A stretch of 64,000 nucleotides of DNA, from the NCBI GenBank assembly GCA_965243135.1, contig OZ251539.1, forward strand, positions 736,001 to 800,000. The letters run 5' to 3'. Both the position numbers and the translations under genes were made by a program. Below, piece by piece: positions 19,801-29,576 of the stretch. The stretch is from Alphaproteobacteria bacterium (GTDB taxonomy: Bacteria; Pseudomonadota; Alphaproteobacteria; MPNO01; UBA830). The notes beneath the pieces are model-generated. The model was not told where the DNA came from, searched no databases, and saw nothing but the letters and a program-made list of their open reading frames with translations. The stretch's first letter is position 1; the number at the start of each line of letters is the position of its first letter.

Positions 19801-21054
19801 ATGCTGGACCACGCCGAGAACAGGAGATTGTCCGAAGTCGGCAGGAATACGCCGATGGGCGAACTGTTGCGGCGATACTGGCATCCTGTAGCCGCCGTCT
19901 CGGAAATGGAGGAACGCTCCACCAAGCCGGTGCGCCTCATGGGCGAGGATCTCGCGCTCTACCGGGACCTGTCCGGCGGCTACGGGTTGCTGGACAGGCA
20001 TTGCCCGCATCGGCGCGCCGATCTGACCTACGGCTACGTCGAACCTCACGGCCTGCGCTGCAGCTATCACGGCTGGTGCTACGACCGAACCGGCGCCTGC
20101 GTCGAACAGCCGTTCGAGGACAGGGCGGGTTCCCGATTCAGGGAGAAAATTCGGATAACCGCGTATCCCGTAGAGGCGCAGGGCGGCCTGCTGTGGGCGT
20201 ATCTCGGTCCCGAGCCCGCGCCGCTCGTTCCCAACTGGGAGCCGTTCACTTGGGAAAACGGTTTCCGCCAGATCGTGCTGTCGGAAATCCCGTGCAACTG
20301 GCTGCAGTGCCAGGAGAACTCGATCGATCCGGTCCATTTCGAGTGGCAGCACGCTAATTGGCGCGTCCGCGCGACGGGCGCTTCGGAACCCTACGCGCCG
20401 ACGCATCTGAAGATCGATTTCGAAGAGTTCGCATACGGCATCACCTACAAGCGCGTTCTGGAGGACACGGACGAAAACCATCCGTTGTGGACCGTCGGGC
20501 GCAATTGCCTGTGGCCCAACGCGCTGTTCACCGGAGATCACTTCGAGTGGCGCGTGCCGATCGACGACGGCAACACGCTCAGCGTCGGCTGGTTTTTCAA
20601 CCCCGTGCCGCGGGACCGGAGGCCGTTTCGGCAGAACGCGATCCCGTACTGGTACGGACCGGTCAAGGACGAAGAGACGGGACGCTGGATCACCAGCCAC
20701 GTCATGAACCAGGACTTCGTGGCGTGGGTCGGGCAGGGAAGGCTTGCCGACCGGTCGCGCGAGCATCTCGGACGCAGCGACCGCGGCGTGATTTTGATGC
20801 GGAAAATATTCGCCGACGATATCGAACGGATCGCAAACGGCGAGGACCCGAAGGCGGTAATCCGCGACCCGGCGGTCAACGCCTGCGTCGGCCTGCCGAT
20901 TTTCGACCGCGCCTATCTGGTTCAGGGACCGACCGGCGAGCAACTGCGAGACTCCGATCATCCGCGCGCGCGGTCCATGCGCAACTTCGTTTTCCAGGCC
21001 GGACAGCCGGCCGACATACGGGCAGCCTATGTGGAAGCGATGGGCTTCGAGTGA
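19801..21054 (+). CDS. ligXa: Rieske oxygenase, 5,5'-dehydrodivanillate O-demethylase LigXa-like
   Basis: Rieske CPH..CSYH; ENSIDPVHFEWQH; WPNALFTGDHFEWRVPIDD; WITSHVMNQDFVAWVGQG closely resemble recalled SYK-6 LigXa. Confidence 0.85.
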   Translation: MLDHAENRRLSEVGRNTPMGELLRRYWHPVAAVSEMEERSTKPVRLMGEDLALYRDLSGGYGLLDRHCPHRRADLTYGYVEPHGLRCSYHGWCYDRTGACVEQPFEDRAGSRFREKIRITAYPVEAQGGLLWAYLGPEPAPLVPNWEPFTWENGFRQIVLSEIPCNWLQCQENSIDPVHFEWQHANWRVRATGASEPYAPTHLKIDFEEFAYGITYKRVLEDTDENHPLWTVGRNCLWPNALFTGDHFEWRVPIDDGNTLSVGWFFNPVPRDRRPFRQNAIPYWYGPVKDEETGRWITSHVMNQDFVAWVGQGRLADRSREHLGRSDRGVILMRKIFADDIERIANGEDPKAVIRDPAVNACVGLPIFDRAYLVQGPTGEQLRDSDHPRARSMRNFVFQAGQPADIRAAYVEAMGFE

Positions 21055-21111
21055 GATCCCGAGGCTGCGGGGCGGGCGCGGACAAACCGGTTTCCAGGAC
21101 GGACGGCGAGC

Positions 21112-22692
21112 ATGAGCGGAGCGAACGCGGCAACGAAGATTGCCGGGAGTCTGCGTCGTGCTTCAGAGACGGTTTCCTATTGGCCCGTTATCGCCCTGTA
21201 TTTGGCGATATTTTTGGCGTGCTATTTTTCCGTTTGGGCGAATGACTTCGCGATCAGCGACGATTATCCCGATTTCTTTTTCGGGACGAACGGAACGCAC
21301 CCGGAGAAGCGAACAATCGAGGGTCGGCCCTTATACGCGTTGATCGGCTATATCTTTGTCTGGCTCGCCACCGACCTCGAAGACTTGCGATGGATCCGGC
21401 TTGTCGGCGTCGTTGGAATCGCCCTGTTGGCATGGAGTTTATTTCTCGCGCTCGTGCGCGCCGGACATAGCCGCTTCCAATCCTTCTGCGTGGGCGCGAT
21501 CATCGGCTGTTCCCTGCCGTTTCAACTCTCCGCTGCGTGGGCCACGATAGCGCCTGTACCTTATGCCGCAGCGGTTTCGGGGCTATCCGCCCTGTTGACG
21601 GACCGAGCGTTCGACGAACCTCGCCGCGTCGGAAAACTGGCGCTGACGGCGGGTGCCGTTTTCTGCTTATTGGCGGCGCTTGCCATATATCAGCCCGCGG
21701 CGATGTTTTTCTGGGTATTTGCCGCCATCAACCTGTTGAAACCATCGGATGCGGAAGAGTCGGGGAGGACGTTTCGCCGCTTCGCCTTATACTGCGCTAT
21801 CTTCGCTGTCGGGATGGCTTTGGGGTTCGTTATTTACAAGCTTGGCCCTGCAATATATTCAGATAGCCATTATTCTGCTCGCGGCGGATTGATTGGAATC
21901 TCGGACATCCCGGAGAGGGTTCTGTGGTTTGTCCGCCCTTTGACGTACGCTCTAAATTTCCTCGTTATACTAACGAATTATCCGAACTGGATCTTGCCGG
22001 TCACAATACTCATATTTTCCTTTATTTTCGCGGGACTTTTTCCGTATTTCAAAAGAGATAGAGAACGCCGTATCTCGAAATACGCATTGGCCATGCTTCT
22101 GTTGTTTCTCAGCCATTCCGTCATGCTTTCCGTCGAACAGCGGGCAAACGATTATCGAATGATACCGGCTCTTACCTCCCTCGTCGTTTTCTATATGTAT
22201 CTTGCCGTACAGGGATTTGCGAGCCGTTTTTCCGTCGGTCGAATAAATTGCGTCGCAGGCGCGACGGCAGCCGTCTGCATCGCGGTTGCGGCATGGCAGG
22301 TTCATGCCTGTTTCGTAATGCCTCAAATCAAGGAGTTGGAATTTGTTCGCTTCCAATTGCAACAAGCGAACCTGTCGGAATACAGGAATATTCATGTTAT
22401 TCGTCCCGAAAGATGGAGCAAATTTATGCCGATGCAGTATGCTGGAGCATCCAGCTATCATTCATGGACACCTCAATCGATGGTAGGTTTCGTATTGCGT
22501 GACGTAGCGCCGGGATACGCTAGCCTGAAAGTCACGAGTTCCGCTTCCGACGATCCATCACCCCCGCCCGTAGGGAGTTTGGTTGTCGATATGCGCAAAG
22601 GAGTATCGGTGCATCCGTTTACCATCTCTTCAATATGGCCTTTCGATAGACTCGGAGCGCTGTCCAAAAGCTTGGAGAAAATTTTCCGTTAG
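21112..22692 (+). CDS. Polytopic membrane protein, GtrII-like (GT-C) glucosyltransferase family
   Basis: About 11-12 TM segments, N-terminal 'SDDY' and 'GRPL', 'ALAIYQP' motif; visibly lower GC than the flanks. Confidence 0.6.
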   Translation: MSGANAATKIAGSLRRASETVSYWPVIALYLAIFLACYFSVWANDFAISDDYPDFFFGTNGTHPEKRTIEGRPLYALIGYIFVWLATDLEDLRWIRLVGVVGIALLAWSLFLALVRAGHSRFQSFCVGAIIGCSLPFQLSAAWATIAPVPYAAAVSGLSALLTDRAFDEPRRVGKLALTAGAVFCLLAALAIYQPAAMFFWVFAAINLLKPSDAEESGRTFRRFALYCAIFAVGMALGFVIYKLGPAIYSDSHYSARGGLIGISDIPERVLWFVRPLTYALNFLVILTNYPNWILPVTILIFSFIFAGLFPYFKRDRERRISKYALAMLLLFLSHSVMLSVEQRANDYRMIPALTSLVVFYMYLAVQGFASRFSVGRINCVAGATAAVCIAVAAWQVHACFVMPQIKELEFVRFQLQQANLSEYRNIHVIRPERWSKFMPMQYAGASSYHSWTPQSMVGFVLRDVAPGYASLKVTSSASDDPSPPPVGSLVVDMRKGVSVHPFTISSIWPFDRLGALSKSLEKIFR

Positions 22693-22706
22693 AGCCGACC
22701 GTGGAC

Positions 22707-23207
22707 TCAAGGCACGGGAGTTGTTCGAAAATCAGGGAGAATGCGGCGTACGCGCAGGCGTTCAGCGTCGCTTTTGATCCGGCGATTTCGAAACACTTCG
22801 AGCCGAAATTTCTGCATGGACTTCGACAACGGAGCGTGAAGCGCGGCTATTCGATAAAGGACCGATCGGAGATCGGAGAGCGGCTGCGAGATTCCGATCA
22901 TCCGCCGAGTCGCCATGACGGTAGGGCAGGGTATCGGGTTCGTCGCGGTGCAGGGCCACAGATCGAGAATCGGAGCCAGTCGGGCAATCGTTGTCCGCAT
23001 CGAAAAGCACGAGGATGCCCGCGCAATCGTGAGTCTAGGCCGCCGTGCGGATCGCGTTCTGCAAAGGATCCCGCTTTGCGAGTTGCTACCGCGGGCGCCG
23101 TTCGCGATCTTCACTCCCCAAGCCTGAGCTTCGTCGCGCAAGCGTCGGAACGGGATCGGCGCAGAGGAGATTTCGCCGTGCCCTTCGACAATCGGTTGGT
23201 TATTCAT
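22707..23207 (-). pseudogene. DUF4276-like (TOPRIM-like) protein, frameshifted
   Basis: Starts MNNQPIVEGHGE..RRLRDEAQAWG with an ATGA overlap to the ATPase. LFDADNDCP lies in a different frame, and the sequence degrades after PCPTVMATR. Confidence 0.7.
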
Positions 23208-24397
23208 CGTAGATCTTGGAAAAAATCGCTCCGGTTGACGCCGTCCTGAGAGCATGGCGCGGCTTCCAGGGCGTTCGCGCGAAACAATCCGCCCGCTTCC
23301 GTCAGGCCTTTCCGTAAGGCGCGACGGTTCGCATTCGACACCGGTGCGACGCGGGTTGCTCCTTCATTCCATTCGACCACTCGTAAATGACGGTTGCCGA
23401 CCTCCCGCCGGTCAAGCAGTTCCGGGCTGTGGGTGGTCACGATGACCTGCATGCGTTCACTTGCCTCCCACAGCAAATCGAGCACCGCGCCCAATGCGCC
23501 GGGGTGGATTGTCGCCTCAGGTTCTTCCACTGCGATCAACGTCGGCGGCGGCTTCTGAAACACCGAAGCCAGCAGTCCGATCGCGCGCAGGGCGCCGTCG
23601 GACATGCTCGATCCTTCGAACTTGAGCGTTCTCGGAGTGCCTTTCCCCCATTCCCGGGTGATCTCCAATGACTGCTTCTTCCCGTATCGCTTGACGGAAA
23701 CCCGGCGCGTATTCGGAACGATCGCTTCAAGAAACGATGACAGACGTTCGAAATCGCCCCGCCGCTGGCTTTCGATCCTTTCGAGCACGCTCGCCGCATT
23801 CGCGCCGTCCGGCAACAGAGCGTAGCCCGCGTCCGGTTCCTGCATCCCCCGCAGCTTTTCGGGTTCGATGGAATACGCGTTCATGCGAGAGAACGCGCGC
23901 CATACCGGTTTGAAATTCTTTGTGCCGCCAATAATCGGAAGCGCCAGGGAAGTCATTTCGAGCAATGGATGCAAACCGCCAACGTTCGAGTCAAAACGCT
24001 TCCCCTCGCGATCGAACCAGCTTCGCTCCTCCCCTTGGCGGAACACGCACTGTTCTCTCGACACCGAAAAGTTTTTCGTACGATCCGCTTTAACCTCGAA
24101 GGCGTAGAAACCGCGCTGCCTGTTTCTCCTGAAATCAAAATCGACGCGCATGGCAAGATTCGGCGGACGCCCTTCGCCGGACGATCGATTCCTGACCGCC
24201 GAGAAGCCACCCGCCCGGTCGAACGTCGTTGGCAGCGGCATTCTCATGGCATCGGCGAGAAAGGAGAATGCGCTCAAGATATTGCTCTTTCCGGAAGCGT
24301 TGCGGCCCACGAGGATCGTCGGGTTGTCGAACTCGATACGACCCGCCGGAACGCTGCGGAAACCTTTCAACACGAGTTGCCGGACAAAGGGTTTCAT
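23204..24397 (-). CDS. ABC-like AAA_21 ATPase
   Basis: Walker A GRNASGKSN, signature MSDGALR, Walker B VEEPEATIHPG, H-loop TTHSPELL. Confidence 0.88.
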   Translation of the reverse strand: MKPFVRQLVLKGFRSVPAGRIEFDNPTILVGRNASGKSNILSAFSFLADAMRMPLPTTFDRAGGFSAVRNRSSGEGRPPNLAMRVDFDFRRNRQRGFYAFEVKADRTKNFSVSREQCVFRQGEERSWFDREGKRFDSNVGGLHPLLEMTSLALPIIGGTKNFKPVWRAFSRMNAYSIEPEKLRGMQEPDAGYALLPDGANAASVLERIESQRRGDFERLSSFLEAIVPNTRRVSVKRYGKKQSLEITREWGKGTPRTLKFEGSSMSDGALRAIGLLASVFQKPPPTLIAVEEPEATIHPGALGAVLDLLWEASERMQVIVTTHSPELLDRREVGNRHLRVVEWNEGATRVAPVSNANRRALRKGLTEAGGLFRANALEAAPCSQDGVNRSDFFQDLR

Positions 24398-24850
24398 CTC
24401 TTGCTGCCTACGGCCGCGGTACCGGGCCTATCGTCGAGAACGGCACGGGCGACCGGCCCGGGTTGCGAGCGTCCATGCGTTTCAATTCCCGAAGCGCGGT
24501 GCGCCTCGCAGCCGCCGACGCCGCCTTGTTCGGCAAACTCCCGGCGCGACGCGGGACCATGCGGCGACGATCCTGCCGGACGATCCAGTGACGGCGAATC
24601 CGTCCCCCGTACGGCACCGTTCTTGCACGCTCAGAATCAGCGCCGCGACCGGCCGATCCCTGCGCACGCGCCATCGGAAACCCTCCCTATCGTCAACCCC
24701 CATTCTACAATGATCCTTACTTCAGTTCACCGTCCGAACGTTGCGGATAACGTGCAGCGCGCGCGGCTGCTTCCGTGGGCATTCGGGACGGCCTGAAATT
24801 TCGAACCGTCGGCGGCGGCGGGCGACGCCGATGCATGGGTCGCAGTTGCG

Positions 24851-25168
24851 AGGGACCGACCTGCGCGCGACTGCGGAACAAGGGCAGCCGCGTACCCGTT
24901 CCATGCGCAGTTGGTTCGCATCATGTATGCGTGATCTTGCGCAGCATTGCTCGACTGCGCGGAGGAGCGTCCACGAACGAAATTCTAAAGGTCGGCGTTA
25001 TTCCAGAAAGCTAAAAGATTTCCCCCAGAGCTTCGCCCGTTCGTTGTCGTGCGCCCATGCGCAGGCCGAGCCTTTCGTTTTCCGGGCCGGCCTGCGGGCC
25101 GCCTACGTGAAGGCGATGGGCTTCGAGTGGTCTCCAGAGGCTCCGCGGGAGGACAAACCGGTTTCCGG
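24851..25168 (+). repeat. Degenerate copy of the ligXa 3' end and downstream sequence (20924-21097), interrupted by a ~144 bp insert
   Basis: Shared blocks agggaccgacc, ccatgcgca, ttcgttttcc, gcgatgggcttcgagtg, ggacaaaccggtttcc. Confidence 0.8.
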
Positions 25169-25181
25169 AGCGGTAGACGCT

Positions 25182-27842
25182 TCAGAAGTCGATCTGCAAT
25201 TGAGCTGAAACTCCATGGTTCCGGGTTTCGTTTTCGTATTCCACGCCGAAGGCGAGTTGCGCGCCCCTCTGAACCGGCAGGGCATAGCCCAAGGCGTAGT
25301 GCATCGTCGGTCGGGCGCGCAAATCGATCACGGCTTGCCGCTGCTCGAGCGACTGCGGGCGTCCGCGGTAGAACGCATCGACAAAACTGCTTCCTGTCGC
25401 CACGAGATGGTCGATCCGGATCTGTCCTTTTCTGCTCCGGGTCTTCTGGCCGACGGAAAACCGCAAGGTATCTTCGTCCCGGAGCGCATTGCGCCCCTGG
25501 ACGCCCATCGACCATCCATCCGCTCGCAGCCCGGATATGCCGGACAGCATGCCGCCGGTCGCGGAGACTTCCCCGGAATTGCGTTCGTATCCGGCGAACC
25601 CGCGCCAATTCCCGCCCAAAGAACCTGACAGGGACAACTTCTGCCGGAGGGTTTCGGTACGTATGTTTCCGAGCGCGCCGAACGTAGAACCCCAGACGCT
25701 GCGGCTTTCGTCGATGCGCGAGAACTCCGCCGCAAAGTCGAACCCGCCGCGCGCGTGCCGCCATTGCAAGCCGAACTGGCGCCACGGCGTCCGCTGCGAC
25801 TCTCGCCCGCTGAACGCGACGAACGGCCGCGCGCCGTCGCCCTGCATGTGCAACGCGACGGCCCCTCCGGCGCTGTCGAAGAAGGGGGACGAAGCAGGGG
25901 CGGCGTCATGGAAGGCGCTCCATTCGCTCCATGACGACGTCCTGCAATCGCCGCAAAGATCGTGACTCAACCGCCAGCGGCCAAGCAGGCCGGTGGAAAA
26001 ATCCATCCCCACGGCGCGAAACGCCTGTTGGTCGAGATCGGCGAAAAGGACGGAATTCTCGACGCGGTAGCCGTTTGTCGGCGCGAGCATGTCCTTGGCG
26101 GCGTGAATCAACGTGGGGGAAGGCGGAGGAGCCTCGATGTCGACGATGCCGGACAGCTTCATGTTGTAGTACGCGCTGCCCACGCCGCCTACGGCGACCT
26201 CGACGGCCCGCATTCTCTCGCCCGCTTGGGCGAGGGCGGGGGACAGCGTCACGCGGGCGTTCCGCAGCGGAATTCCTGCGCGTCGATCGACGACGGAGTA
26301 CGGCAGGCGGACAGTCCCCTGCTTGACGATCGCGTTTTCGAGATTCAACTTTCCCCAGCCGTAGACCGCGTCCGGCTCGTCGGGGTTGTCCGCCCGTGTT
26401 CCAAGCGGGTCCGCGGACTCGAGCAGCAGGGCTTGCACGACCTCCATCGGCATGCTGGACAGCCGGCTCTTTAGAACCGCCAACGCACCGGTCACCATGG
26501 GGGCGGCGAACGAGGTACCGCCGATCACCCTGTCCGGGTCGGGGAAAATTCTGAGATTTTCCCCCGGCGCTACCAGGCACCAGTTTCTCGCGGCGCCGCA
26601 TCCGTTGGAGAACGCAGCGATTTCGCCGTCTTCATTCATCGCCGCGACGACCAGCCATTTTCCGAGCAGCCCGGGTTCGAACAACGGAGCTTCCATCCAT
26701 CCTCCACCGGAGTTGTAGTCGACGCAGTCGTCGCTGCCGCAGTCCGTGCCCCACAAGTCCTTGAAGGGGACGGTATCGCCCTCGCGCGTGAACTTCTCCA
26801 TGAATTCCGTGGCGGGGACCGTTACGTCTCCTAGTAAGCAACCCTCCTCCTTTTGGAAATTTTTCCCGCACATGGAGACTCTGTTGTTGACGGCGTTCCA
26901 TCCGTCGTTGCTGGCCGCCCACACCGCCACGATGTCCTCGTCCGCGAGAACGCTCGCGGCTTGGGCGAACTCGCTTGTCCAATAGTCGTCGCGGATAAGA
27001 GGATTGAAAGCGGGCAAAGGCTGGGTCAGCCATATCCCGGGTCTTCCGTCGTAGCTTCCCGTATGGAAGAACGGTGTTCCGATGCTGAGGTTGACGACGT
27101 CGGCGCCGTTGTCGACCGCGTGCTGGAGCGCCGCTATCGGCTGCCCGCCGCCGGACAGCCCTATCGGCATTATCGAGGCCGAGGGCGCGACTCCATGAAT
27201 GTTTTTGGTGAGAATCGGGCCGCCCTCGTCGACTTGGTCGACCGTTACCTGGAAGGGTCCTCCGGGATTGGCTCTCGCTCCCGCCGCGATCATGGCGACG
27301 TAAGTGCCGTGCACCGTGTTTCGGTCGCTCTCGGTCACGAGCTCGTCATCGAAGATCACGCGCTTCGGCGCGGTGATTCTGCCCGCCAGATCGGGATGGG
27401 TGAGGTCTATGCCGTCGTCCGCGATCGCGATGGTCACTCCTTGGCCGAAATAGCCGCGCTCGTAGGCCGTATGCGCGAGGATGCTCTTCAATCCCCAATG
27501 TTCTCCGTATTCCGGGGTCTGGTAGTCCATGCCGTCCGGCGCGGCGGGAGCGCCCAAATCCATTGGCCGGAATTCGAGGCCGACCGGGTTCGGCGTCGCA
27601 GGTCCGCCCGTGTTCGGCGGAGGGTCATCGTTCGGCGGGGGGGGACCGCCGCCTCCGCCTCCGCCGCAGGCCGCCAGGAGCGCAACGCAGGCCAGCAAAG
27701 GAACCGCAGTGCGCCCCTTTCGGAGCCAGCGCCGCGAGAAACCGGGGCGTAAATCGTTTCGTCGCTCGTCCGAGCGAAGGGGCGCGTCTTTAACCCACGA
27801 TACGCTGTCGCGTTCCCGGCGGTTGCCGAGCCATGCTTTCAT
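25182..27842 (-). CDS. S8 (subtilisin-like) serine protease, predicted lipoprotein with a beta-rich C-terminal domain
   Basis: Lipobox LLAAC, Gly/Pro linker, catalytic D (IAIADDG), H (HGTYVA) and S (GTSFAAPMVTG); ends in aromatic F; start uncertain. Confidence 0.85.
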   Translation of the reverse strand: MKAWLGNRRERDSVSWVKDAPLRSDERRNDLRPGFSRRWLRKGRTAVPLLACVALLAACGGGGGGGPPPPNDDPPPNTGGPATPNPVGLEFRPMDLGAPAAPDGMDYQTPEYGEHWGLKSILAHTAYERGYFGQGVTIAIADDGIDLTHPDLAGRITAPKRVIFDDELVTESDRNTVHGTYVAMIAAGARANPGGPFQVTVDQVDEGGPILTKNIHGVAPSASIMPIGLSGGGQPIAALQHAVDNGADVVNLSIGTPFFHTGSYDGRPGIWLTQPLPAFNPLIRDDYWTSEFAQAASVLADEDIVAVWAASNDGWNAVNNRVSMCGKNFQKEEGCLLGDVTVPATEFMEKFTREGDTVPFKDLWGTDCGSDDCVDYNSGGGWMEAPLFEPGLLGKWLVVAAMNEDGEIAAFSNGCGAARNWCLVAPGENLRIFPDPDRVIGGTSFAAPMVTGALAVLKSRLSSMPMEVVQALLLESADPLGTRADNPDEPDAVYGWGKLNLENAIVKQGTVRLPYSVVDRRAGIPLRNARVTLSPALAQAGERMRAVEVAVGGVGSAYYNMKLSGIVDIEAPPPSPTLIHAAKDMLAPTNGYRVENSVLFADLDQQAFRAVGMDFSTGLLGRWRLSHDLCGDCRTSSWSEWSAFHDAAPASSPFFDSAGGAVALHMQGDGARPFVAFSGRESQRTPWRQFGLQWRHARGGFDFAAEFSRIDESRSVWGSTFGALGNIRTETLRQKLSLSGSLGGNWRGFAGYERNSGEVSATGGMLSGISGLRADGWSMGVQGRNALRDEDTLRFSVGQKTRSRKGQIRIDHLVATGSSFVDAFYRGRPQSLEQRQAVIDLRARPTMHYALGYALPVQRGAQLAFGVEYENETRNHGVSAQLQIDF

Positions 27843-28070
27843 TGCCAGCCTCCCGGTAGCGTCGATTTAGAGTATAGCCTTGCCTGTGCTCCCGAACAAT
27901 TGAGGGCCATTCGGCAATGTCGCCGCTATTGGCTCCGAAGCGCAACGCGGGCGATCGGCGGCGCGGGGGCGGGAAGGGTCGGCTTGCGGACGGACGCCAT
28001 CGAAGCCGTGGGTGCGAAGGACCGCCCCGCGGGCGACAGCAGGACGTCCGCTTACCAGTTCCAAGCGCGA

Positions 28071-28240
28071 TTTCGTTCGGCTCAGCCATGCATGCGCAAT
28101 CCTGCGCAGAGGACCGGTTTCGGGAAATCGCCGTTATTTCGGCAAGTTGGAAAATTTCCGCGGATCCCGTTCGCCATCGAGCGCCCGTGCGCAGGCCGAG
28201 CCTTTCGTTTTCCAGGCCGGACGGTCGGCCGGCATGCGGA
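28071..28240 (+). repeat. Second copy of the insert plus ligXa-tail repeat (matches about 24911-25090)
   Basis: gcgcaggccgagcctttcgttttcc is identical in both copies; upstream cgttatt..atttcc..cccgttcg blocks are also shared. Confidence 0.75.
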
Positions 28241-28316
28241 TTGTCAACACGGAAGCAACGGCGAGTTGGGAAGGTCTCCGGAGGCCGCGCGGAAAAGCGG
28301 CCTCTCGCGCCGCAGG

Positions 28317-29507
28317 TCACTCGCGCCAGTCGGCGCCGGGCATGATGCGGCGCATGAACTGATCGAACAAGGGAACGGTAAAGGCAGTGTCCCCGCGCGT
28401 CGCGCTCCAGATCATTCCCTTGGCGATCAACTGGCTGCGGGTCGGTCCGAGCGAAGTAATCTTGCGACCGAGCGTTCGAGCGACCTCCCCGGAACGATGC
28501 GGGCCGGGGCCGAGTTCCGCCATGGCGCGCAGGTAGCGCTTCTGCGACGCGGTCAGGCGGTCGAAGCGGGCCCGGAAGAACCCGGCATCCAGCGAAGCGA
28601 CTACTTCCCCCGACGCGCGCTCGACGTCTCTGGCGGCGATCCGCGGTTTTTCTGCGATGTCCCAGGCGTGCTTCCCCCATTCCTGCAGGAAGTACGGATA
28701 GCCCTGCGTCTCGGCGACGATCATTCGCAGGGCCTCGGCGCTGATATCGGCTTTCCGGGCGCGGATCGGCTTGGCGACCGCATCCCGGGACGCTGCTTCG
28801 TCGAGAGGACCGACCTCGCGAAACTCGAACAGGCGTTCGGCATACGCCTCGGCCTCGGCGGCCCTGGCGCGCAACGGAGGCAGACCGGCGGCGGCGAGAA
28901 GGATCGGAAGCCGCCTCTGCCCCGCTCGATGCAGGGCGGCGATCAGCGCCCCCAATTCCGCCTGAGGAACGTACTGCAGCTCGTCGATGATCGCGACGAG
29001 CGCGGTATTCGAAGCGGACGCCGCCGTTCCGACCGCCTCGAAAAGGGCGGCGAGGTCGAATTCGAGATTGCCGCTGTCGGCGACGCCAGCTTCCGCAGGC
29101 GCGGCAATGCCCAATTCTATTTCGCCGTATTTGACCTTGAGCGCGGAAACGAATCCGGCGAGCACCCGCATGGCACGGGAAGTCAGATTGCGAACCCGTT
29201 TCTGGCGGGACAATCGTAAAAGGGCAATGTGCAACTCCGAGGCGAGCGCGACCGGCAGAACGCTTCGTTCGGTCGCTTCGATCTGAAACGTTGCGAGACC
29301 CTCTCTCTGGGCGTTCTGATGAATGCGGTCGAGCAGGACGGTTTTTCCTACGCCGCGCAACCCCAGCAGCAACACGCTTCTCGCTGGAAGCGATCGGCGC
29401 GTTCGTTCCGTGGAGACGCTGATGGTTTCGAGCAGTTGATCGCGTCCTGCAAGCTCCGGGGGCGGAGTTCCCGCGCCGGGCGCGAAGGGATTGTCGATCG
29501 GATTCAT
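28317..29507 (-). CDS. AAA_16-type P-loop ATPase with C-terminal winged helix
   Basis: NPFAPGAGTPPPELAGR, GLRGVGKT, IIDELQ, GYPYFLQEWG, C-terminal FTVPLFDQF. Confidence 0.85.
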   Translation of the reverse strand: MNPIDNPFAPGAGTPPPELAGRDQLLETISVSTERTRRSLPARSVLLLGLRGVGKTVLLDRIHQNAQREGLATFQIEATERSVLPVALASELHIALLRLSRQKRVRNLTSRAMRVLAGFVSALKVKYGEIELGIAAPAEAGVADSGNLEFDLAALFEAVGTAASASNTALVAIIDELQYVPQAELGALIAALHRAGQRRLPILLAAAGLPPLRARAAEAEAYAERLFEFREVGPLDEAASRDAVAKPIRARKADISAEALRMIVAETQGYPYFLQEWGKHAWDIAEKPRIAARDVERASGEVVASLDAGFFRARFDRLTASQKRYLRAMAELGPGPHRSGEVARTLGRKITSLGPTRSQLIAKGMIWSATRGDTAFTVPLFDQFMRRIMPGADWRE

Positions 29508-29511
29508 GTAT

Positions 29512-29576
29512 GCGTTTATACTGGAGTTAGCCGATTTATCAAGCGCCGATAAATCGGCTAACTCCAGTATAAACGC
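29512..29576. repeat. Perfect 29-bp inverted repeat with 7-nt loop
   Basis: gcgtttatactggagttagccgatttatc-aagcgcc-gataaatcggctaactccagtataaacgc. Confidence 0.95.
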
